Shown: positions 28,817 through 40,031, numbered from the stretch's first letter. The stretch: DNA of 58,866 nucleotides from Candidatus Thorarchaeota archaeon (GCA_003345595.1 PRDI01000050.1:1-58866), one strand, 5' to 3'. Notes: generated by a model not told the origin, from the letters alone. Numbers and translations are program-made.

Positions 28817-29383
28817 GAGTCGTTCAAAGTGCAGGTCCCACATTAGGCTTGCCTTACCTTGGCAATCTTTCTTCAGCCCCTCGAAGACTGCATGCCTATG
28901 TCAGACGGCCGCTCTCCCCACAATGCATCACGTGGGGCCGGATTTAAGGCCGTGCATTGTCTTAGACAGGATGATGGGAATCTACGTTCTTTGAGGTTCG
29001 GTTCGGACACCAGCGTCATAACGGGTGCATCGGCTTTCGTTTTCACATGTTCTCGGTGAACAACCAATATGAATACAGAACAACTATTCCCCGCAGACCC
29101 TCCAAACGAGCCCTGGCTATTCTAGAGGGGCCAGAGTACGATCAGGTAGAGTGCCCTGTCACCGTTGAACGCTGACATGCACTCTGCCTGACGACAATGG
29201 GTCGACAAAGATGTATGAGTCGAATTCGGGTTTTGCCTTTCTTCGTCAAATAGGTGTTTCCTCTGTAGTATCTTGAGGCACTTCAGCTTCCGTTTGCGCG
29301 TATCTCGGCATTTCAGTTTCTCTGCAGCCGATTGCATTCACAAGACGAAAATAGCGGTGTACTCTGCCTGTTTCGTGACCATA

Positions 29384-31399
29384 ATGAACACGAAGCAGGG
29401 GTGCATAGGACCCATCAGACTTCATGTGGATGTGCCGCTGGTGCCTAGAGGGTACGCAAGCGGCGTTCTGACATGGACTCCAGAAGGTCCCACACTGAAG
29501 CTTGGTTCTGGCCAGTTGGTCCAGTGGCCAGATCAAAACGCAAGATATGGGCTTCATGAGAGGGTCATCATAAGGAAGCCAAGTGTGCCCGAAGCAAACC
29601 CACTTCCGAAGATGGCTATGATTAGATTGAACCCCGTCCTGATTGCTCGGCGGCAGTACAGCCCGTGCATTGTGCGCGCAGTTGAGGATATCTATCCTCC
29701 TTCCACTTATCATTGGAAGAGTAGGCTCGTTCGTGACGGGATTGACGCAGTCTTCGCGGTTCAGACGGTCGAAGGTTCTGATTTGTTCTGGCTGACCATA
29801 TTCGATTCCGAAACTGGATCCATCTATGAATCACATGAGATACACTCTCATGAGATATGGGTCATAGGAGTAAGAGAAGACTGGGAGATAGACCAGGAAA
29901 CAGAGCGCGCTGTCGCCCCCAGCAGTCCCGACCTTGCACGACTTCAGGCCTTGAAAGTCTTGGATGGTCTTCCGCCGTCCTGGAAGCGCATAGCGGCACT
30001 TACGGAAGGCGTTGCGATCCCCGGACTTCACAGAGGAGAAACGATGCGAGAATTCATGGATCAGCTGGTTCCCTCATCCTTTCCTCCCAACGTGAGAGAA
30101 GAGCTTATGGTGTTTCTGGCTTGGGTCACGAGAAGTGGGACACCCAATAGAGATCCCGTGGAGTTCCTTCAGAAACTCTCTTCTATGTCACTGCTGTGGC
30201 GGCTCTGCGCAGGGCACTTTCGTTGTATTCTGGATGGCGTCAGCAGTCCTCCTTATGTCAAGGTCTTCAACCTCGCGGCGAATGGCCATTTGAAGATGCC
30301 TCGGAGAGCACCTCCTGTGGCCGCAGGAACGTCCGCCTCGATGATGATTTGGTACAAACTCGCAGAACAGTTTCCTGACTGGAGGAACAGACCGATCCAA
30401 TTCGCCAAGAAACTGAATGATTCGGGGGCCGTGGTGACGAAACTGCCTGTGTCAAAGTCCGAAGCACACAGTAGTGCGAAGGCTTGGGGTGACAGGCTCG
30501 CCATACTGTCACACGGTCTCTTGCTCAGAACCTACGTGAATCCGGAACCGATTGGATTACACCATATCGTCTATGTGGGACGGGCCCATGGGTGGCCCCA
30601 CAAACACCTTGCATGGTCAGCTCGTTTAGAGGGTTCGGGTGGTATCTATCCTCATGTGGATCTCATGGTGATGCCGCAGACGGCAGTGGAGCGAGTCCGA
30701 AGACAGAGAATCAGACTGATTGAGTCGAAGTGGTCAACGCGAGCCACCAATCTGAGGCTGTTTGACGAGAGGAGAAGGCAATGGGTAGTGTCGACAAAGC
30801 GAATCGTTGATTCGCTTGACAGACATGGATCGATGCAGCTGCTTACAAGGGATTTCGGCGGTTCGGCTGAGTCCACTATTCAGCCTGTGACTGGAACCGA
30901 GTCGAAAGCTCTGGATGCTGTTTCCGGTGACATGTACTTGACACTAAGCGAGAGTAACAGGTATTGGTCTTACGTAGGCCTTGACCGAAAAGTGTTCCAG
31001 GCCACTCTGACTTCGCTCAGGGATCGTGGAGTGGTACGATTGCAGTATGGTACGGTACTGGAAGGAGTCGCCACGGTGTTTGCAATGGCTCAAGGCCCCG
31101 CGGACCGCGTTTGCAGTCTGGCTCGGTCACTACTCTTACATGCTCCGTCGACGCTGGTCGAGATGGCTGACGACGGCGGGATTTGTCTAGCTATGTTACG
31201 AATCCCTGAGATGAAAGTCCACGAACTTACGGCCTCAATGCTGGAAGCAGCGTCAGACAGTGAGGTGCGTCTCTCATGCTCAAGGGTGATTTCCTACACT
31301 GGCTACATGCGCAGTCTATACCGGCGACTTCTCAGACCTGATGGAACTTGGGATGATGATGTTTCTGCAATGTTGAGTCAACAAAGAACATCGCCCTAA
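29384..31399 (+). CDS. Large hypothetical protein; C-terminus resembles wHTH plus Lrp/AsnC RAM-like module
   Basis: Long ORF (track start 29273; ATG 29384 preferred, start uncertain); C-terminal region aligns by eye with that of 40216..42090. Confidence 0.65.
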   Translation: MNTKQGCIGPIRLHVDVPLVPRGYASGVLTWTPEGPTLKLGSGQLVQWPDQNARYGLHERVIIRKPSVPEANPLPKMAMIRLNPVLIARRQYSPCIVRAVEDIYPPSTYHWKSRLVRDGIDAVFAVQTVEGSDLFWLTIFDSETGSIYESHEIHSHEIWVIGVREDWEIDQETERAVAPSSPDLARLQALKVLDGLPPSWKRIAALTEGVAIPGLHRGETMREFMDQLVPSSFPPNVREELMVFLAWVTRSGTPNRDPVEFLQKLSSMSLLWRLCAGHFRCILDGVSSPPYVKVFNLAANGHLKMPRRAPPVAAGTSASMMIWYKLAEQFPDWRNRPIQFAKKLNDSGAVVTKLPVSKSEAHSSAKAWGDRLAILSHGLLLRTYVNPEPIGLHHIVYVGRAHGWPHKHLAWSARLEGSGGIYPHVDLMVMPQTAVERVRRQRIRLIESKWSTRATNLRLFDERRRQWVVSTKRIVDSLDRHGSMQLLTRDFGGSAESTIQPVTGTESKALDAVSGDMYLTLSESNRYWSYVGLDRKVFQATLTSLRDRGVVRLQYGTVLEGVATVFAMAQGPADRVCSLARSLLLHAPSTLVEMADDGGICLAMLRIPEMKVHELTASMLEAASDSEVRLSCSRVISYTGYMRSLYRRLLRPDGTWDDDVSAMLSQQRTSP

Positions 31400-31435
31400 T
31401 TACGAATCTCGCTGTTCGCTGTGTCTGACCTTCGT

Positions 31436-34400
31436 CTATTCCTCCCAGTCAATCGGCATTGTCTGTATCAGGCTTCTCAGTTTCCTTCTGACTGCAAGTC
31501 CAAGAATCGACACAATCCCTGTTTCCGCGACGACATATGTTGTGCCTGCGTCCGTCTGTATCAGCATGATGGCGTTCCTGGCATAGAATACTAAGGGCTC
31601 GGTATGTGACATGACGATTGGAAGACCAGAGAGTGTGACCTTAAGCCTGTACGTACCTTCTTCGACCGGCAGGAATCCTAGCTCTACCTCTCCATGGTCT
31701 GAAACCACGGAAACCCATGTATCCATGGTTCTATTGCTGGGTGCGAAGAGCGTGATATTGAGAATTCCTCGCCATTCCGCTGTCACACCGATGACTGTCG
31801 AGATCACTGTCACGGAGCCGCCAAGTCCCTGGTACAATGCGGGTTCTTCTCGGAACTGAATGGTTACGACAGGGACCAGCACCAAGTTGGCTGTCACTGT
31901 GCAAGGTGCTAGAAGATGCGAGCCATTGTAGGAAGCCAGGATTGTATAATTGCCGGCGAACAGCCCTTTCAAGGTCAGACGAGCGGTGCCCCTACTGTCT
32001 GTTGTGACGACCTCTGTTGACTCAAAGGTACTGTTCATTGTGAAGATAATTGACACATTGGTGCCACTGACTCTTCCTGCCTGACGGGTCAGAGTAATCG
32101 ACAATTGAACCACGTCATCACAGTTGACAGGGCTTGGAGCATTCAGCTCTATCCACGTTTCGTACCTTGTCAGTGTCACAATCACAGCGGCTGTCCAATT
32201 GAAGTATGTGCTGCCTTCCACAACAAGACCGAGCGAGTAGTTGCCTGTCTGTGAGGGAACCCACTCTACATGGATGCCTCCTCCAACCACTGCGACAGCG
32301 GTCCGATTTGTGAGGGGGCTTCCGTAGACCTCTCTTCCATCGGGAGCATAGAGGCTGACGTATGCGAGGAGCCCGGTGGTCACTTCGCCAAGAGAGTCGA
32401 TGACAATAAACTCGACAATGTGTGTTCGCCCTATGATGCCTGATAGCGACTGGCTGGTGACACTGATATTCGTTTTGGCTGTCACATAGAACACTACAGA
32501 GGCATTGCAGCCGAGCCACAGCCGAGAGTCAACGACGGACGCGTTTAATGAATAGCGGCCAACACTGAGGCCTCTCAAGGATATGCTCAGGAGAGATCCA
32601 TTGATGGAAATCCGATCGATCAGCTTGACAGTGCCTTCGGGGCCTCTCAAACTGAGAGATGGACTCAAGACGTCGATGGGCAGGCTCAACCTACATTCAT
32701 CGAGAACATGAAGCGCGATTACAGTATTGTCCGCTCTGTCAATGTGGTCGGGACATTCGATGCTCAGGCCTGTTATTCCTGTGGCCCATAATGCCACAGC
32801 ACTCTCAGTTGGGAGATAGTGCGTGGTACCCAAGAAGCTGACAACAACTGTGAAGTTGCCCATTCTTGAGAGAGTAACGTTGAGCCATACGGGTCCTTGG
32901 CCGGTTTGAATGACATTACCGACTGACATGAGTCCGCCAATCTGATGATAGATCTCGAACTTCATGCTGAATCCTTCCATGGGTGTGCTCTGTGAGTCAC
33001 ATAGCAGAAGGAGAAGACAGGCTGGGTTTCTCACTGCCACGATGTCATCAGAGTTCGTCAACTCGATAGTCAGAGTGGTCCCAAGCATTACGTCGATTTG
33101 GGTCGTTGTGCTGACTGGCAAGTAGACTCCAATGCCCCTGAATCTGACTTCCAGGTTCCAGACCCCCAGCTGTTCGATAGTCACACTCCAAGTCACATAG
33201 CCCGTCGTATTGCTCTGGGCCTGAATGGGACCGATCGCACTGCTGCCCGGTCCATCTAGTAGCATCTCCAGAGCTCTTCCTGAGAGGGGCACACCTCCAT
33301 CATCAAGAAGCAATGCGACAACGATTAGAGTTCCGCCAACTTGCAGCTGACGGTCTTTGACAGTTGTCTCAAGTATTGTGATGGTGTAGACTGTGTGAAT
33401 GCTCGAGTCGGAGAAGGGGCGAACAGACACCGACCCGGCGCACGAAATCTCAACGGTGTATAGACCTGCTAGATCGGGTTTGAAGGGCACTACAGCAATT
33501 CCGCCGTAGATCGGTACTGTGATTGAAGATGAAAGGGCACCCAGTCTAACCTGTTGCCCAAAGGGATCATAGAGTTTCACCACGACATTGACTGAATCGA
33601 TTGGTCTTCCCAATTGATCACTCAATGCAATTGTGATGTTGGCAAGACGATTGGAGCATGCAGGTGCCGGTGTGAAACTGACCGCGACTTGGCATCCCGT
33701 CGTGACTGTGAATTGCTCTTGCGTGTCGCAGCGTAAGAGATACTCGTCCGGAGTCGGCCCGACTTGCAGGGTCAATATGCCGTGGGCGTGACTCGCCGTG
33801 TAGACTGTTCGAGCGACACCTGACCCATTAGTCAGAGTTTCTATGCTCCACACAGGCACAAGGTCGACACCCAAGACGACGAAACGCACTGATATGTCAC
33901 GAACTTGACCCGATGATAACAACACGTAGACTAGGGTCACATTGTCGAATAGACTGACCTGTTGCGGTGCAAGAGTTGTTCTTCCGCTGGCGACCTCCAT
34001 GATTGAAACTTGACCCGTGACAGAGCTCGCATAGTAATAGACATCACCGGGATGCATCAGTTTCAATGTGACGAGCCCGCGGACAAGAGGAGTCACACAG
34101 ACAGACAAGGGAATATAATCACTCCTCACCTGATCTTCGAAGATCACTGTGCCGTTCTGTTCAACTGAAAAGAGGAGAACGCGGCCTGGAACATGATTGC
34201 CTTGAGAATCGAACAGACTCAGGTTGACGCATAGCGCCTCTCCGGCTAATGACAAAACTGGATGTTGCAGGACTGGGTCTGTTACTGTGTAGACCCTTTG
34301 AGGCTCTGACCGGCTCACGTGCCCGTTGAGCCCATCTCCCAGAAACGTTGCATTGATCACAAAGTCGCCAATGGAGTTGAAGTCGTACACCAAGGTGCAC

Positions 34401-37400
34401 TTGCCGGCGGAGCCAGTGGTCTTCAGAGAGTAGACAAGGACTGAACCGTCTGCCGCACTCAATGTCACTGCTATCTCGCCGCCGAGAATCGGATTCCCTG
34501 CGTAGTCTGATAGTGTAACGACGACACCCACTGCTGAACCCTGCATAACAGGCTGACCAGGGGTCATGAGATCCATTATGGTCCTGCCAAGGACCGTACG
34601 TTCCACCACGGTCGATGTTTGAAGAAGCCACTCCTGAGCAGGGAGTGTGGCATTGACCAGAAGATACCCTGGTCTGGAAACGACAAGCCTGATTACAAGG
34701 GTTCCATCAACAGAAGTTGTGTTAGTTGTCGTGAGTATAGGTTCTCCGTCTAACGAGGCAACTACTGTCAGCGTGACTCCAATGAGAGCCGATTGGTTCT
34801 GTCCATTTACTCCTATAGTGACTATGAAGACATCAGGAGCTTCTCTTTCGAGAGGCAGTTCGACCTCCAGATGCGCCGACTCGACGACTCTGACCTCTAT
34901 TGTTGAGTCAGCTGACTCATACCAGTCTTGACGAGCGCAGGCTGCCAAGATCGTGTTGTCGCCCCTCGTGACCGGCGTCCAGAGAATCCGCATGGACCCA
35001 TCATCAGTCACACCACTGGTTTCCAGGTCGAGTGCACCCCAGCTGTTTCTCACTGTCAGAGTGAGAATGAGGCCTGACACGTTTCTTCCTAGGTGATCTG
35101 AAACAACAATCACGATCCAGCCGACTTCGTTCACTCGTAGACTCCCGATCGTCGATATAGTGAGTGTCAGTGGGACTCTGAGTTCGAATTCAAACGAAGC
35201 AGATGCAGATCCTCTGGACGGAGTCGAATCGCAGACTGCCGCTAACGTATATAATCCTGCAGTGCTGCCCGACCACTGGAGGGACACATAACCAGTGGAG
35301 TTTGTGTACAAGATTTCTTGTAGTATGATTGTGGAAGGAACGAAAGTGAGCATAAGGAAGACTTGCCTATTACCGACAGCTGTTCCTTTGGAGTCTGTCA
35401 CGCGTACCCAGAGGTTCCATGTGTTTCCCACCAAGGTTTCATGACCGATGCCTCCGACCGTGATGTCAGTCTTGGACCATGACATCAATCCTGCTCTTGC
35501 GAATGACTGAAGAAGCATCCGGGATGTGTAGAACTCTGCGTCCAGCATATAGGCTCCATTGTCGGCGAGCATTATCGTCACCGAGATGTGTCCCGTGGAA
35601 TTCGTAGTGAGTACCGTGTCCATCAGTATGTTGAGTGATGGAGTCATTACTGTAATGTGCACGGAGTAACCTGAGAGTGAATCTCCTGATGCTGTGGACA
35701 GTCTGCATGCGACGCTCACGCTGCTGTACTGGTCTTGGACTGCAGGACTCATCCAATCCAAGACTGTGTTCTCATACACTCGAATGACGCCATTAGCGTC
35801 TGATTCCATAAGACTGCCGTTTCCTCGGAAGAGAAGTGAGTATGTGAAGTTGCCTCGGCGCTGCGGAGTCCAATACGAGGGATTGCACGATGTCGTGCTT
35901 TGGTGAATGACCTCCCCGGTCGCACTCAGGACAATGAGGGTGACTTGTTGGAATTCTATTCTGGTATCATTGACAGTGTATTGAAGCGTCCAGTCTATAC
36001 CAATGACTTCCGATACATTCCCACTGACAAGTTCAGGGGCTGTAAGACGGGTAGAAACGGGCTCGTATATGGTGATTCTGTCTTGCAGCACGAGATTCGA
36101 ACAATAGAGTCTTGATACAGTCACAGTTAGGTTGTGTGTCCTTGTTGTGACTCCACTCGTCGGGATAGAGAACGCGAATGGTGACTCACTCACATACTCC
36201 CATTGCTGGTAGTCGGGCGGGTCGCCAAGTGTGAGTGTAATCTGAGACTGTCCGACTGGCTGGCCCGTGTCCAAGGCCCAGTCCAGAGTGCCATTGAGGA
36301 GTTGTCCTGCCAGCACTGTTATTGTTTCCAAGTTCAAGTGGCCCTGAAGCACTCCAGACACCTTGACAGGAACACAGTCGAATCCCCTCGAAGAACCGAA
36401 GTCGCAGATAATCACGGAGATGTTCCAGTGACCCAGAGCATGTTCGCTGTCGGGCACAGGCACAGTAATTGTGTCCTCGTTCGCGACATTCTCGAAGAGC
36501 CACCATGCTTCGAAGGTCTGTGCGAGCACAGTATGCGTGCTGGACTGTGAAACTATTGAGACGCCTACGCTAAGGCTTCTGCCAGCCTCGACGGTGTCAA
36601 ATGCTGTTGCTTCAATTGTGTTGATTGACGAACTCCGCACACGAGTGCGCAGACCGAGCGTTGAGACCATCTCAAACACGCCTGCAGTGTACACTGGCTG
36701 CCAGAGTTCAGTCGAGTTGGCCCAACCCGATGACAAAGGTTGCGCTCCAAGCGAATTGAGGACCATGTCTGCGTTGACAACGTTCAAGTTGGCCGAGAAA
36801 CCTGACGCGTTTAGAAGAGCAAGAGTTGCAACATCTCTGCTGAGCGCCCAGAGATCGTTGTACTGTATCCTTGATTCAATCGTCGCCGCCAGTTCCTGAG
36901 CCATCTCGCTGCTCAGCACGCCCAGTCTGATAGCGGTCCGCGTGGACAGCCAGTCAATCGCTGATTGCTGGCCAGCGAACGGCCTCAAGGTCCATCCTGT
37001 TGTGGACCAGTACCCGGACGCATAGCTGGCAGCGACGGATGACTCCAGGCTCGCTCTGTAAGGCACCGCATCAAGCGAGTCCAGCAGATAGAACGCCTCA
37101 ACCGCAGCGGCGGTGTACTGCATATGGGCGGTGCCGGCCGTTGTCGCTGCCTTGAAGTGCCCCGTGCTGCTTTGAGATTGAGCAAGATACGACACAGTGG
37201 ATGACACGACACCCGATGTCAACTGGGCGCCGAGCGCAGATGACATGGCGACTCCAAAGTACTGAGTCCACACGCTCTGCATCCTGTACTGGGTGGGTCC
37301 GTACTCGAGCGCAGTCACTGCGGTGACGCTACTCGGATACTGCAGCCATCCAACCAGAGAGTCAGCATACCCCCTTGCAAGGACATAATTAACAGATCCC

Positions 37401-39265
37401 TGTGCATGCGACATCCTAGATGCCACTGAGAGCCAATGACTCCAAGTGAGGGACGGGATAGGCTCCATCGCCTCGAAGCCTACGGGAGTTTTTGTCAGAC
37501 TGACATAGTTGATTATGCCGGCAGCCATCGCACCTGACTGCTCTCCAAGAGCGTTCAGGCAGCGAGCTGCACAGGATGTGGGGGAGGACTTGGCCACAGA
37601 GTCCGATGCTGCGACTGTCAAACCGAAACCACCAGACTCGAGCTGGTTGGAAGCCAACCAGGCCAGGCCCGTCGCCTTGCGCCCCGGGTCTAGAGTGCCC
37701 ATGACAGCCATCGTGGTCAGCGCAGATGTGGTACCTGTAACAAGTTCCCCTGCACCAGTCAGGATTTCGTCATAGGATCCGTCCTCGTTCGACGTTCGAG
37801 TGAGTATCCAGCTAGTGAGCTTCAGGGGATCGTGATGGGTCTTGCCAATGGCTTGCAGTGATGTAATGTACTGCGTTGCATAGGAGTTCCTTGCGGCAGT
37901 GCTATCGGGTTTCTCTCCTACACCACCCCAGAGATCAGGATCCGGCGTATCCGCCGCATCTATGACACATGCCCGGAGCCATGACTCAAGAGTGCTTACA
38001 TCGATGCATGCGACACAACCAGCGGATGCCAGAGCCTCAAGAACAAGGTGTGTGCTTGTTATATGATTGCCGAATCCTCCTGCCGGGTCTTGGCGTATGC
38101 TCAGATAACTCGCGAGTTCGGTCACGTTGTACGTCGTCGCGAGGTCCATTATCGAGACCAGCCAGAGTCCCTGTGCTGTGCTCTGAATACTGACCGAACC
38201 TTCACTGACCGAGCTGGCGAAACCTGCTTCAATCCCATAGTCAACATAGAGACTGTCCAGGAAATGATCAATGAACACAATGTGTTGCGATCGCCACTCA
38301 TACCATACCGATTGATTCGTAGCCGACCTGACTGATTGAACCGCATAATATGCGGCCTTCATTGTAGGTTCGTGAAGGTAGCAAAGTCCACCAGCGAACT
38401 GGTTGTTCTCAGGGACCTGTAGTCTGCCTATCGTTTGTGATGTTGAGCTTTCCTTGAGAGAACTTGCATAGGCAACGACGTTGACAAAGAGCCCCCGACC
38501 TTGGTCAGTTAGGTCGGTTGGGTTCTCTGGTCCGTACAGGAAGACATCTAGCGGGTATGAATCGTAACGCAATGCCGAAAGATGTGCTGGGGAATCGCGC
38601 CCAGTCAGTTCGACTATCCGGGAGAGTTCTCCCTGAACTGCGTCCACAGGAATTAGGGTTGTTGGCTCGCTCGTGAGGCGGGCGGAAACGTTGAGAGAGA
38701 CTGGACTTCTCATGAAGGGCGCAGACTCATAGTCGTATGAGACGAGTAGGTGTTGCGAGACTGGTGCCACCAGATGTGGTTCGCTCGTGCCCTTAAGCCG
38801 ATGAAGAACCCATGCCGCACGTCCAGTTAGTATGAGACATGAATCATACGCGATAAGCGTCTGGATGAACAGGTCTGGAAGCAGAGACCCGTTATCAGCT
38901 CCAGTACTTGCATCAAGGATTACGACTGGGGCGTTCTCTATGATAGCATCGTGGGCGAGGATCTCGTCAACAGTTGAGGTGTGACTAGCGACTCCTGAAT
39001 TGTTCAGAAACCGACTCCACTCTGCTGCCCTTGCCGGAATTGACGCCCCCAGCATTTCGATGACGAGGTATGGTGTTGGGTTGACACGTGTGCCGGGGCC
39101 GGATGCAACATCATGCTGCGCTCTTGCATTCGACAGCGGTGTTGACTCCAAGATGCCAGTTGTCGCTTCTTTGGCTTCTAGGGGGCTGGTGGGAAACCAG
39201 CAGAGAGCAGAACCGCAGGTGGCGAGTATGACAAAGACCATTGCCAGACGACGTGCCTCTATCAC
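31436..39265 (-). CDS. Giant (2609 aa) surface protein: prenyltransferase/squalene-cyclase-like alpha-alpha toroid repeats followed by many Ig-like repeats and a C-terminal membrane anchor
   Basis: AAGGAGG SD plus GTG; signal peptide; repeats YLSIRQDPAGGFG, WILTRTSNEDGSY, WLASNQLESGGFG, YLAQSQSSTGHF; ~95-aa beta repeats with TNSTG / G.Y.L.A.F.G...Y..S motifs; C-terminal hydrophobic segment plus RRK. Confidence 0.8.
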   Translation of the reverse strand: MIEARRLAMVFVILATCGSALCWFPTSPLEAKEATTGILESTPLSNARAQHDVASGPGTRVNPTPYLVIEMLGASIPARAAEWSRFLNNSGVASHTSTVDEILAHDAIIENAPVVILDASTGADNGSLLPDLFIQTLIAYDSCLILTGRAAWVLHRLKGTSEPHLVAPVSQHLLVSYDYESAPFMRSPVSLNVSARLTSEPTTLIPVDAVQGELSRIVELTGRDSPAHLSALRYDSYPLDVFLYGPENPTDLTDQGRGLFVNVVAYASSLKESSTSQTIGRLQVPENNQFAGGLCYLHEPTMKAAYYAVQSVRSATNQSVWYEWRSQHIVFIDHFLDSLYVDYGIEAGFASSVSEGSVSIQSTAQGLWLVSIMDLATTYNVTELASYLSIRQDPAGGFGNHITSTHLVLEALASAGCVACIDVSTLESWLRACVIDAADTPDPDLWGGVGEKPDSTAARNSYATQYITSLQAIGKTHHDPLKLTSWILTRTSNEDGSYDEILTGAGELVTGTTSALTTMAVMGTLDPGRKATGLAWLASNQLESGGFGLTVAASDSVAKSSPTSCAARCLNALGEQSGAMAAGIINYVSLTKTPVGFEAMEPIPSLTWSHWLSVASRMSHAQGSVNYVLARGYADSLVGWLQYPSSVTAVTALEYGPTQYRMQSVWTQYFGVAMSSALGAQLTSGVVSSTVSYLAQSQSSTGHFKAATTAGTAHMQYTAAAVEAFYLLDSLDAVPYRASLESSVAASYASGYWSTTGWTLRPFAGQQSAIDWLSTRTAIRLGVLSSEMAQELAATIESRIQYNDLWALSRDVATLALLNASGFSANLNVVNADMVLNSLGAQPLSSGWANSTELWQPVYTAGVFEMVSTLGLRTRVRSSSINTIEATAFDTVEAGRSLSVGVSIVSQSSTHTVLAQTFEAWWLFENVANEDTITVPVPDSEHALGHWNISVIICDFGSSRGFDCVPVKVSGVLQGHLNLETITVLAGQLLNGTLDWALDTGQPVGQSQITLTLGDPPDYQQWEYVSESPFAFSIPTSGVTTRTHNLTVTVSRLYCSNLVLQDRITIYEPVSTRLTAPELVSGNVSEVIGIDWTLQYTVNDTRIEFQQVTLIVLSATGEVIHQSTTSCNPSYWTPQRRGNFTYSLLFRGNGSLMESDANGVIRVYENTVLDWMSPAVQDQYSSVSVACRLSTASGDSLSGYSVHITVMTPSLNILMDTVLTTNSTGHISVTIMLADNGAYMLDAEFYTSRMLLQSFARAGLMSWSKTDITVGGIGHETLVGNTWNLWVRVTDSKGTAVGNRQVFLMLTFVPSTIILQEILYTNSTGYVSLQWSGSTAGLYTLAAVCDSTPSRGSASASFEFELRVPLTLTISTIGSLRVNEVGWIVIVVSDHLGRNVSGLILTLTVRNSWGALDLETSGVTDDGSMRILWTPVTRGDNTILAACARQDWYESADSTIEVRVVESAHLEVELPLEREAPDVFIVTIGVNGQNQSALIGVTLTVVASLDGEPILTTTNTTSVDGTLVIRLVVSRPGYLLVNATLPAQEWLLQTSTVVERTVLGRTIMDLMTPGQPVMQGSAVGVVVTLSDYAGNPILGGEIAVTLSAADGSVLVYSLKTTGSAGKCTLVYDFNSIGDFVINATFLGDGLNGHVSRSEPQRVYTVTDPVLQHPVLSLAGEALCVNLSLFDSQGNHVPGRVLLFSVEQNGTVIFEDQVRSDYIPLSVCVTPLVRGLVTLKLMHPGDVYYYASSVTGQVSIMEVASGRTTLAPQQVSLFDNVTLVYVLLSSGQVRDISVRFVVLGVDLVPVWSIETLTNGSGVARTVYTASHAHGILTLQVGPTPDEYLLRCDTQEQFTVTTGCQVAVSFTPAPACSNRLANITIALSDQLGRPIDSVNVVVKLYDPFGQQVRLGALSSSITVPIYGGIAVVPFKPDLAGLYTVEISCAGSVSVRPFSDSSIHTVYTITILETTVKDRQLQVGGTLIVVALLLDDGGVPLSGRALEMLLDGPGSSAIGPIQAQSNTTGYVTWSVTIEQLGVWNLEVRFRGIGVYLPVSTTTQIDVMLGTTLTIELTNSDDIVAVRNPACLLLLLCDSQSTPMEGFSMKFEIYHQIGGLMSVGNVIQTGQGPVWLNVTLSRMGNFTVVVSFLGTTHYLPTESAVALWATGITGLSIECPDHIDRADNTVIALHVLDECRLSLPIDVLSPSLSLRGPEGTVKLIDRISINGSLLSISLRGLSVGRYSLNASVVDSRLWLGCNASVVFYVTAKTNISVTSQSLSGIIGRTHIVEFIVIDSLGEVTTGLLAYVSLYAPDGREVYGSPLTNRTAVAVVGGGIHVEWVPSQTGNYSLGLVVEGSTYFNWTAAVIVTLTRYETWIELNAPSPVNCDDVVQLSITLTRQAGRVSGTNVSIIFTMNSTFESTEVVTTDSRGTARLTLKGLFAGNYTILASYNGSHLLAPCTVTANLVLVPVVTIQFREEPALYQGLGGSVTVISTVIGVTAEWRGILNITLFAPSNRTMDTWVSVVSDHGEVELGFLPVEEGTYRLKVTLSGLPIVMSHTEPLVFYARNAIMLIQTDAGTTYVVAETGIVSILGLAVRRKLRSLIQTMPIDWEE

Positions 39266-39380
39266 TGCCTAACCTCCTTCTTCGCTCTAGAGAGAAGCGC
39301 AGCATCGCGACCGAGAACAGTCTCTGAACATTGTTCTAGACTGTCGCTACTGGTGGCTGAATGAGTTCCTGCGTCTTGCT

Positions 39381-40031
39381 TCACATTACCACCCCTACGA
39401 TTTGAGTGTAGAAGAGAGCAAGTGCTGCAATCACGAACACCAGCTCCAATACCCCGCGTTCCCCGTGTTTCTTGAGAGATTCTCCGAGTAGTATGATATC
39501 GCCGCTGCGGATGCAGCTATTGAGTAGTACACTCATTGCCACGTACCAACATAGCATTACTATCGGTACACCCATGAGGAGCACAAACGGTATGAAGAGA
39601 AGCGAGAGGGACACGAAGACAGACAAGACCGAACTGGCAAACAGTGCGCTGAGGAGAATGGCTACGTGTGGCGGCTTTCCGACCTCGAGGAAGAGGTTGA
39701 ACTCCGCATAGGTACTACCTCCGCCCACTCCTTCTATATCGATTTTGAAGAGGGCACAGACGACATAGCGGATCAAAGTGTTCACAATCATGCCTGGTGC
39801 GAACACAATAGTCAGCACAGAGAGTAGGGTATTACGTGTCCATGTGTGAAATGCGCGCTTCCTGCCTGTGAGCAGCAGGACACTCCTCACAAGAGTGGCT
39901 GCTACTATCACTAGAGGTGTTATTCTCAACGAGAGCTGAAGGCTCGCCAGCAGTACGATTACAATGTCTGATTGCACTATCGTTCCCAGCGTGTTACGTG
40001 ATCTGAATCGGTATGGAGTACCTATTGTCAA
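39381..40031 (-). CDS. Polytopic membrane protein, possibly a degenerate M50-like metalloprotease homologue
   Basis: About 5-6 hydrophobic helices; FAPGMIVNTLIRYVVCALF resembles the PG.++HELSH...C..+ motif with the His/Glu ligands lost. Confidence 0.6.
   Translation of the reverse strand: MTIGTPYRFRSRNTLGTIVQSDIVIVLLASLQLSLRITPLVIVAATLVRSVLLLTGRKRAFHTWTRNTLLSVLTIVFAPGMIVNTLIRYVVCALFKIDIEGVGGGSTYAEFNLFLEVGKPPHVAILLSALFASSVLSVFVSLSLLFIPFVLLMGVPIVMLCWYVAMSVLLNSCIRSGDIILLGESLKKHGERGVLELVFVIAALALFYTQIVGVVM

Noticed and set aside
29277-29320. Imperfect direct repeat GGCACTTCAGCTTC / GGCATTTCAGTTTC 30 nt apart
   Set aside because: Only two short imperfect copies; not a CRISPR array, and there is not enough evidence for a binding site.
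36800-38400. Squalene-hopene cyclase or alpha-2-macroglobulin call for the 2609-aa protein
   Set aside because: No DxDD catalytic motif and no CGEQ thioester motif seen; only generic toroid repeats.
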